From: an uncultured Gemmatimonadaceae bacterium
GTDB taxonomy: Bacteria; Gemmatimonadota; Gemmatimonadetes; Gemmatimonadales; Gemmatimonadaceae
Length of the DNA: 64,000 nucleotides
Direction: 5' to 3'
NCBI GenBank assembly: GCA_963790305.1
Contig: CAWBOC010000013.1
Span: forward strand, 96,001 to 160,000
The position numbers and the translations under genes are program-made. The notes beneath the pieces are model-generated. The model made no database searches, had not been told where the DNA came from, and saw nothing but the letters and a program-made list of their open reading frames with translations. Of this stretch, positions 57,807 to 64,000 are shown piece by piece (positions within the stretch are counted from its first letter, which is position 1; every line of letters begins with the position of its first letter).

Positions 57807-58778
57807 ATGCTGTCCTCGCGATTCTCCCCCTATCACGTTCCCCTGTTCGCCGCGAAGTATGCGTGGCTCCACCTGAGACGGAAGCCGCTGCTCGTGCACT
57901 TCGAAGTGACAATGCGGTGCAATGCGCGCTGCGACTTCTGCGACTACTGGAAGACGCCCGCATCGGAGAAGGCGAACGAGCTGAAGAGCTTCGCCGACGC
58001 CGCGCGCTTCTTCGACCCGCTCATGGTGTGTTTCACCGGGGGAGAGCCGCTGCTTCGGCGGGACCTCGAGGATCTGGTCGCGGCGGTCCGCGACGCAGTG
58101 CGCCTCAAGTACATCACGCTGATCACGCACGGCGCGATGCTCACCGTCGAACGCGCTCGCTCTCTGTGGCAGGCGGGGATCAATCAGTTCAGCATCTCGC
58201 TCGATTTCCTCGATGAGCGACACGATCGCGCACGTGGGATACCGGGGTTGGCCGCTCGCATCCTCGACAGTGTTCCACAGCTGCGGGCCAACGGTATCGA
58301 CAACGTCCGATTCAATACGGTGATCAAGGATGAGAACGTCGAGCATGTGATGGACATCGTTCACACCGCACACGAGTTGGGCATCGGCGTCGGCTTCAGC
58401 ACGTATACCGACATGAAGAACGGCAACGTCACGCATTTCCCACGTGACGAACGTCTCGCTCTCGTCGACGGGCTCGTCAATGACCTGCTCGCCTTCAAGC
58501 GCACACACCGTGGCGTGATCACGAGCTCCGACTGGTATCTGCGCCAGATTCCCCGATACTTCCGTGGCGAGCTCCGTGACCCGTGCGCCTCGGGGCTTCG
58601 CACGATCCACATCGATCCCGCCGGATTCGTGCGGCGATGTCCCGACTTTCCCGCCGACGTTCACTGGCGCGAGTTCCGTCCCTACTCGAAGATCGACTGC
58701 AATGCATGCTTCTACGCGTGTCGAGGAGAGGCGCAGGCGCCGTTGACGCTATCGCGCGTGAGGGATGTCGTTGCCTGA
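57807..58778 (+). CDS. Radical SAM protein with Cys-rich C-terminal (Twitch/SPASM-like) extension
   Basis: CNARCDFC, FTGGEPLLR, C-terminal PCASG...RRC...CNACFYACRGE. Confidence 0.88.
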   Translation: MLSSRFSPYHVPLFAAKYAWLHLRRKPLLVHFEVTMRCNARCDFCDYWKTPASEKANELKSFADAARFFDPLMVCFTGGEPLLRRDLEDLVAAVRDAVRLKYITLITHGAMLTVERARSLWQAGINQFSISLDFLDERHDRARGIPGLAARILDSVPQLRANGIDNVRFNTVIKDENVEHVMDIVHTAHELGIGVGFSTYTDMKNGNVTHFPRDERLALVDGLVNDLLAFKRTHRGVITSSDWYLRQIPRYFRGELRDPCASGLRTIHIDPAGFVRRCPDFPADVHWREFRPYSKIDCNACFYACRGEAQAPLTLSRVRDVVA

Positions 58779-58913
58779 ATGCGGAACGGGCGGGTGCTCG
58801 GTGGGCAGGGCGGAGTACCTGCATCAGGAACGCGGAAGCAATCCGGGCGCGTGGGGTTTGGCGAGTTACGATATGCCGCGTTCCGCCCTGCCCGTAGGGC
58901 ACCCGCGCATTCG

Positions 58914-60185
58914 ATGAGCGCGCTCCTCTTCCACAACGCGAGCCAGGTCGTCACGTGCGCCGGGCCGGCCCGTGCCCGCCGCGGCGGCGAGATGGCCGAT
59001 GCGCAGGTGCATCGCGGTGTGTGCGTCCTCGTCGTCGGCGATCGTGTGGCGAAGGTGGGACCCGCTGACGAGCTCGAGCGCGCGCGGCCCGACGCTCAAC
59101 GCATCGACTGCGAGCGCGGGTTGCTCACACCCGGTCTGGTGGACTCCCACACGCATGCCGTATTTGGGCGGCCTCGTTATGAAGAGCAGGAAATGCGTGC
59201 CGCGGGGGTGGCGTACATGGAGATCGCCAAACGGGGCGGGGGAATCCATGCCTCAGTGCGCGATCTTCGGCAACGCGAGCGGAGCGAGCTTGCCACGCTT
59301 GCGGAAGCGCGTCTGCGGCGGCTCGCCTCGTACGGAACGACGACGGTCGAGGTCAAGTCGGGGTACGGGCTCACGCTCGACGACGAGCTGAAGCTGCTCC
59401 AGGTGATTGCGCACGTCGCTGACCGAGTGCCCATGCGGGTGATCCCAACCTGGCTCGGGGCACACGAGATCCCCCACGAATTTCGAGCGCAGGAGAGTGG
59501 CAGCGCCAGTTATGTCAAAATGCTCATCAATGACATGCTCCCTGCCGTAACCGCCCAGCGGCTCGCCAGATTCGCCGACGTCTTCTGCGAGCCAGGGGTC
59601 TTCACCACCGACCAGGCCCGAACGATCCTCACAGCCTCAAAGGGGGCGGGGCTGGGTCTCAAGCTCCACGCCGATGAGCTCGAGCCCTCCGGTGGCGCGG
59701 AGCTCGCCGCGGACATCGGAGCAGCGTCCGCCGACCACCTCGCCGCAGTCTCCAGAGGGGGGATCGAGGCCCTGGCCGCTTCTCACACGGTGGCTACGCT
59801 CCTACCCGGCACCATGCTCTTCCTCGGTCGTCCTCGTCAAGCGCCGGCCCGCGCGCTCATCGACGCTGGGGCGGCCGTTGCACTGGCCACCGATTTCAAT
59901 CCTGGGACGTCGCCCACCGTAAACTTCCCACTGATTCTGACTCTCGGAGTGAGTCAGCTCCATATGTCGGCTGCCGAGGCGATCGTAGCCGCGACGGTCA
60001 ACGGCGCAGCCGCTCTCGGCCTCGCCGATCAGGTGGGACAAATCGCCCCGGGCTTTTCGGCCGACCTCGCACTTTTTGACTGCGAGGACATTCGTGAGTT
60101 GCCGTATTGGTATGGAGACCGTCGTTGTAGGGGGACGTGGGTACGCGGGGAAACTTGTCACCCCTTCAGCGCGCCAATATCTTAA
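58914..60185 (+). CDS. hutI: Imidazolonepropionase
   Basis: PGLVDSHTH, EVKSGYGL, DVFCEPG, KLHADE, ALATDFNPG. Confidence 0.97.
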   Translation: MSALLFHNASQVVTCAGPARARRGGEMADAQVHRGVCVLVVGDRVAKVGPADELERARPDAQRIDCERGLLTPGLVDSHTHAVFGRPRYEEQEMRAAGVAYMEIAKRGGGIHASVRDLRQRERSELATLAEARLRRLASYGTTTVEVKSGYGLTLDDELKLLQVIAHVADRVPMRVIPTWLGAHEIPHEFRAQESGSASYVKMLINDMLPAVTAQRLARFADVFCEPGVFTTDQARTILTASKGAGLGLKLHADELEPSGGAELAADIGAASADHLAAVSRGGIEALAASHTVATLLPGTMLFLGRPRQAPARALIDAGAAVALATDFNPGTSPTVNFPLILTLGVSQLHMSAAEAIVAATVNGAAALGLADQVGQIAPGFSADLALFDCEDIRELPYWYGDRRCRGTWVRGETCHPFSAPIS

Positions 60186-60250
60186 GCAGTTACGCCCCAA
60201 CGATTTCCCCGTACCTGGCTCACCGCGTCTCCGGAGTTCACCAAGCGCCG

Positions 60251-63022
60251 ATGTCCAACGTCCCCAAGCTCAAGAAACGAGCGGGCGAGTTCGAACAGAA
60301 AAAGCAGTTCGACAAGGCGCTGGCGGTCTACCTCCAGATCCTCGAGGAAGTCTCGGGGAGTGAGGACGAAGCCGACGTCGCTCTGTTCAACCGCGTCGGC
60401 GACCTCATGCTGCGACAGGGCAACGTCAGCGAGGCCGTCGACCATTACGAGCGCGCGGTCGACCTGTACGCCGAGGGCGGCTTTTTCAACAACGCCATCG
60501 CCCTCTGCAACAAGATCCTTCGCAACGCCCCCGGGCGTAACTCGATCTACTACAAGCTCGGGAAGATCAGCGCGAAGAAGGGCTTCACCAACGACGCCAA
60601 GCAGAACTTCCTCGAGTACGCCGACCGCATGCAGAAAGGCGGCAAGCTCGACGAGGCGTTTCGCGCGCTGAAGGAGTTCGCTGACCTGTGCCCCGATCAG
60701 GACGACATCCGCCTGATGCTGGCGGATCAGCTGGTGAAGAAAGACCGCAAGGCGGAGGCGATCGAGCAGCTCCAGGTGCTGTACGAGCGGTACGATTCGG
60801 AAGGCCGCTCGAGCGAAGCGCGGGCTACCATCGACCGAATGAAGGCGATCGATCCCGCGGTGGAGCCGCAGGCGCCCGGGGCGCGTGCAGCTCCGAAGAG
60901 TGGCGATCTGGTGTTCCTCGACGTCGGCTTCGACGCTCCCGCTCCTCCCAAGACGCGGCCCTCGCGGCCGGCCGAGGAGCCGCCTCGACCGAAGCCACCG
61001 CCCGCTCGTCGGCCTTCCGAGCCGGTCAGGCGGCCGTCGATGGATGGCTTGCCGATGATCGATGCCGAGCTGCCGCCTCCACCGGGGGCACCCCCACCGC
61101 TGTCGCACGGAGCCCGCGCGGCTGGTGCCGACGACGGAATGGACGCCTCCCCCGGACTCTTGGCCGGCTTCGAGCAGACCGCGTTAGGCGCGGACGCCTC
61201 GCCGCCGGCCGTGCCGCTGCTCGACATCGAGCCGACGGCGCTCGGGAGCCGCACGGGGCGCGCCGCCTCCGATCTTCCGCTGATCGATTCCGAGCTGTCC
61301 GTTCCCGACGTTTCGGATGACGAGAGCGTCTCGCTGCCGGGCGAGCTCCCGATGATCGAGATCCCGGATACCGACGCGCTCCGCAGCGCGCAGCGCCTCG
61401 ACCTCATCATGCCCGAGGACGAGGCGGTGAATCCGCTGGCGGATCTCAACGCATCCGGGTCGGCGATCGAGCCCGATGAGCTGCCGCTTCACCCCGATCC
61501 ATCGCGGAGCTCACTGACGGACGGTACCGAGTGGGAGATTCGACTCGAAGACTCGGCGTTTCTCGACGGTGACGATACGCCAAGTGGCGGCGCCGATCTC
61601 CCGCTCATCCATCCCCCGGGGCAGGACGGCGCACAGACGGCGGTGGACGAAGATCCAGCTGCTGCCCGTTCGGCGCTCGTCGAGCGGCTGCGCGACGCCG
61701 TTGCCGATGATCCGGGGAACTGGCAGCTTCACCGGCAGCTCGGTGAGGCGCTCCTCGAGGACGGTGATCGCGAGGGCGGCATTGACGAGCTCGAGATCGC
61801 CATGGTCGGATTCGAGAGCACGTCGGACCATGCCAGCGCCCGCGCGGTCGCCGACGAGATTCTCCATCTCGATCCCAACTCGGTCCGGCATCATCAGAAG
61901 CGCGTCGAGTACTCGTTCCTGCTCAACGACAAGGCGCGGCTGGTGGATGCCTATCTCCAGCTCGCTGACTGCCTTTTCCGGAATGGCCACGAGGAAAAGG
62001 CGCAGGCGGTCTACCAGCGCGTGATCGACATCGCGCCTGACGATGCGCGTGCCCAGGCCGCGCTGGCGGTCTTTGGCGACATCTCCGGGGGTGCACCCGC
62101 TGAGCCTGAGTCTTCGTTCGCTCCGCCGCCGGCTGCGCCGTTGCGCAGCGCTCCGCCGGCGTCCCCTCCGCCAGCCGCCCCATTGCGACCGGCGCCAGCG
62201 AAGCAGCCGCCCAAACCCGCGCCGGCACCACGGACGGAGCGGGTGCGCGACCCCATTGGCGATCTCCGCAACGCGGTGAAGGACCTTCCGCTCATCGAGG
62301 ATACGCCGTCCCCGCCCGCCAAGGCTCGGCCGGCGCAACCCGCACCGGCGGCGAAGGCGGAACCACCAAGGCCCGCGGCGAAGCCCGAGCCGCGACGCTC
62401 GGAGCCGGTTCGTCAGCCCAAGCGTCCTGAGCCAAAGCGACCGGAGCCCAAACGGCCCTCACGCCCCGCGAAGCATGTCGGATCCGGGAGCGATGACGAT
62501 TTCGTCAACCTCTCGGACTGGCTGAGCGAAGACAAGACGCCGAAGTCGACGCGCATGGTCGCCGACGTGCGGGAGCCCGAATCCGATCAGGTAGACTTTT
62601 CGGACATGCTGGAGCGGTTCAAGCAGGGAATCGCCGAAAACGTCTCCGACGAGGATCATGAGGCGCATTACGATCTCGGTGTCGCGTACAAGGAAATGGG
62701 CCTGCTCGACGAGGCGATCGCCGAGTTCCAGAAAGCGCTGCGTGGGGTCGAGCACCGCATTCGGACCTTCGAGGCGTTAGGCCAGTGCTTCATTGAGAAG
62801 GGGCAATACCAGATTGCCGTCACCATTCTCTCACGCGCTCCGGCCGAGCCGGGCGCCACCGACGAGAAACTCGTCGGCGTGCTGTATCTTCTGGGCTATG
62901 CATTGGAGGCCCTCCAGAAGTTCAACGACGCGCTCGTGTATTATGAGCGTGTGTTCGCCGTCGACATCACCTTCCGCGACGTGAACGACCGTCTCGCCGC
63001 GCTGGAGCGAGTAGCGCAATGA
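60251..63022 (+). CDS. Large TPR protein with three TPR clusters and Pro/acidic linkers
   Basis: N-terminal TPRs, central TPRs, C-terminal AHYDLGVAYKEMGLLDEAIAEFQ cluster. Confidence 0.8.
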   Translation: MSNVPKLKKRAGEFEQKKQFDKALAVYLQILEEVSGSEDEADVALFNRVGDLMLRQGNVSEAVDHYERAVDLYAEGGFFNNAIALCNKILRNAPGRNSIYYKLGKISAKKGFTNDAKQNFLEYADRMQKGGKLDEAFRALKEFADLCPDQDDIRLMLADQLVKKDRKAEAIEQLQVLYERYDSEGRSSEARATIDRMKAIDPAVEPQAPGARAAPKSGDLVFLDVGFDAPAPPKTRPSRPAEEPPRPKPPPARRPSEPVRRPSMDGLPMIDAELPPPPGAPPPLSHGARAAGADDGMDASPGLLAGFEQTALGADASPPAVPLLDIEPTALGSRTGRAASDLPLIDSELSVPDVSDDESVSLPGELPMIEIPDTDALRSAQRLDLIMPEDEAVNPLADLNASGSAIEPDELPLHPDPSRSSLTDGTEWEIRLEDSAFLDGDDTPSGGADLPLIHPPGQDGAQTAVDEDPAAARSALVERLRDAVADDPGNWQLHRQLGEALLEDGDREGGIDELEIAMVGFESTSDHASARAVADEILHLDPNSVRHHQKRVEYSFLLNDKARLVDAYLQLADCLFRNGHEEKAQAVYQRVIDIAPDDARAQAALAVFGDISGGAPAEPESSFAPPPAAPLRSAPPASPPPAAPLRPAPAKQPPKPAPAPRTERVRDPIGDLRNAVKDLPLIEDTPSPPAKARPAQPAPAAKAEPPRPAAKPEPRRSEPVRQPKRPEPKRPEPKRPSRPAKHVGSGSDDDFVNLSDWLSEDKTPKSTRMVADVREPESDQVDFSDMLERFKQGIAENVSDEDHEAHYDLGVAYKEMGLLDEAIAEFQKALRGVEHRIRTFEALGQCFIEKGQYQIAVTILSRAPAEPGATDEKLVGVLYLLGYALEALQKFNDALVYYERVFAVDITFRDVNDRLAALERVAQ

Positions 63023-64000
63023 GTGCTCCCGCACGGGCGGGAGCGCGGGCCGTCCCCGGATTGCGCGAGATACAGGCGCCTGTGCGCGAGCGGCTGGAGG
63101 AGGTGGCGGCCGAGCTGCAGCGGGTGGTGGTCGCCGATTTTCCCATGATCGAAGCGATCACGGGACACCTGCTCAGCATGAAGGGAAAGATGTTCAGGCC
63201 GACGCTCACGCTGCTGGCGAGCGCGGTGGAGGGGCGGTCCGAGCCGCGCGCGATTCCCCTCGCGGCAGTCGTCGAGCTCGTGCATCTCGCCACGCTCGTG
63301 CACGACGACTCCGTCGATCACTCGACGCTGCGGCGGGGAATGCCGACGATCAACGCCCTGTTCACGCACCAGATTTCCGTGATCATGGGCGACTTCCTGT
63401 ACTCGCGCGCCGTCGTGGAGCTCGTGCGCGTGGGAGACATGGCGCCGCTGCAGGTACTGGCCCACGCGACGAACCAGATGACGATCGGCGAGATGCGACA
63501 GCTGACGGCGCTCGACGCACTCCGCTTTTCCGAAGAGGATTACGACGCGCTCATCGACGCCAAAACGGCATCGCTGCTCTCGGCGGCGTGCGAGATCGGC
63601 GCGATCGCCGGGGCCGCACGCCATCGTCAGGCACTGGCTCGGTACGGCCTGCAGCTGGGAATGGCGTTCCAGATCGTGGACGACCTGCTCGACTATACTG
63701 CAGATGCCTCGACGACCGGAAAGCCCACCGGGCTGGACCTTCGCGAGCACAAGGTGACGTTGCCGCTCATCCATGCGCTCCGACAAATGAGCGCGTCAGA
63801 CCGGACGGTGGTCGAGCGTCTCTTCGCGGGGCCGGAGCCTGAGGATGAGCTGATTGCCAATGTGATCGGCATCGTGGAAGAACATGGCGGGCTCGAGTAT
63901 GCTCGCCGCCGCGGCGAGCGATTCGCCGACGAAGCCGCAGAAGCGCTGTCGGAATTGCCGGAATCGCGCGCCACCGCGGCGCTGCGTGATGCCATTGCCT
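63019..64000 (+). CDS. Long-chain polyprenyl diphosphate synthase (IspB/HepT-like), runs off the window
   Basis: Hand translation from ATG 63019: GKMFRP, first Asp-rich motif VHDDSVD..LRRG, second motif FQIVDDLLD, GKPTGLDLREHKVTLP. Confidence 0.93.
   Translation, partial: MSAPARAGARAVPGLREIQAPVRERLEEVAAELQRVVVADFPMIEAITGHLLSMKGKMFRPTLTLLASAVEGRSEPRAIPLAAVVELVHLATLVHDDSVDHSTLRRGMPTINALFTHQISVIMGDFLYSRAVVELVRVGDMAPLQVLAHATNQMTIGEMRQLTALDALRFSEEDYDALIDAKTASLLSAACEIGAIAGAARHRQALARYGLQLGMAFQIVDDLLDYTADASTTGKPTGLDLREHKVTLPLIHALRQMSASDRTVVERLFAGPEPEDELIANVIGIVEEHGGLEYARRRGERFADEAAEALSELPESRATAALRDAIA

Overview
High-GC bacterial chromosome segment with every recognisable gene on the + strand. Gene content (long SecA with FCB-type insertions, PorV-like barrel, LptD-like barrel) suggests Gemmatimonadota or the FCB group; this is inference. 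Order: end of the alpha r-protein operon (rpsM-rpsK-rpsD-rpoA-rplQ-rpmB); a ~24 kb cell-surface locus (gmd, rmd, carB, DegT aminotransferase, PglF/CapD-like dehydratase, wzi-wza-wzc, an embedded RiPP-like cassette, three secreted/outer-membrane genes, ugd, uxs); then housekeeping genes (bamD, nadD, secA, radC, relA/spoT, uvrB, tsaE, tsaB, rimI, ssb, LysM protein, ccsA-like, sirC-like, hemA, epimerase, tolQRAB-pal-cpoB, tatC, lptD-like, hutH-hutU-rSAM-hutI, large TPR protein, polyprenyl synthase). The best candidate for a new system is 16120-24837. A nucleotidyltransferase, S26-like peptidase, HprK-like P-loop protein, PqqD/RRE and radical SAM-SPASM enzyme precede a 60-aa precursor with a YxxP leader and a Cys/Ser/Thr-rich core ending in Ser. 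This cassette overlaps the stop codon of wzc. It is followed by a lipoprotein, a protein with a T9SS-like C-terminal sorting domain (hidden by a frameshift) and a PorV-like barrel fused to an OmpA peptidoglycan-binding domain. Many genes are split by single-base indels that look like long-read assembly errors, so their coordinates are reconstructed. Three families of short intergenic tandem-plus-inverted repeats (7, ~10 and 9 bp period) are also present.
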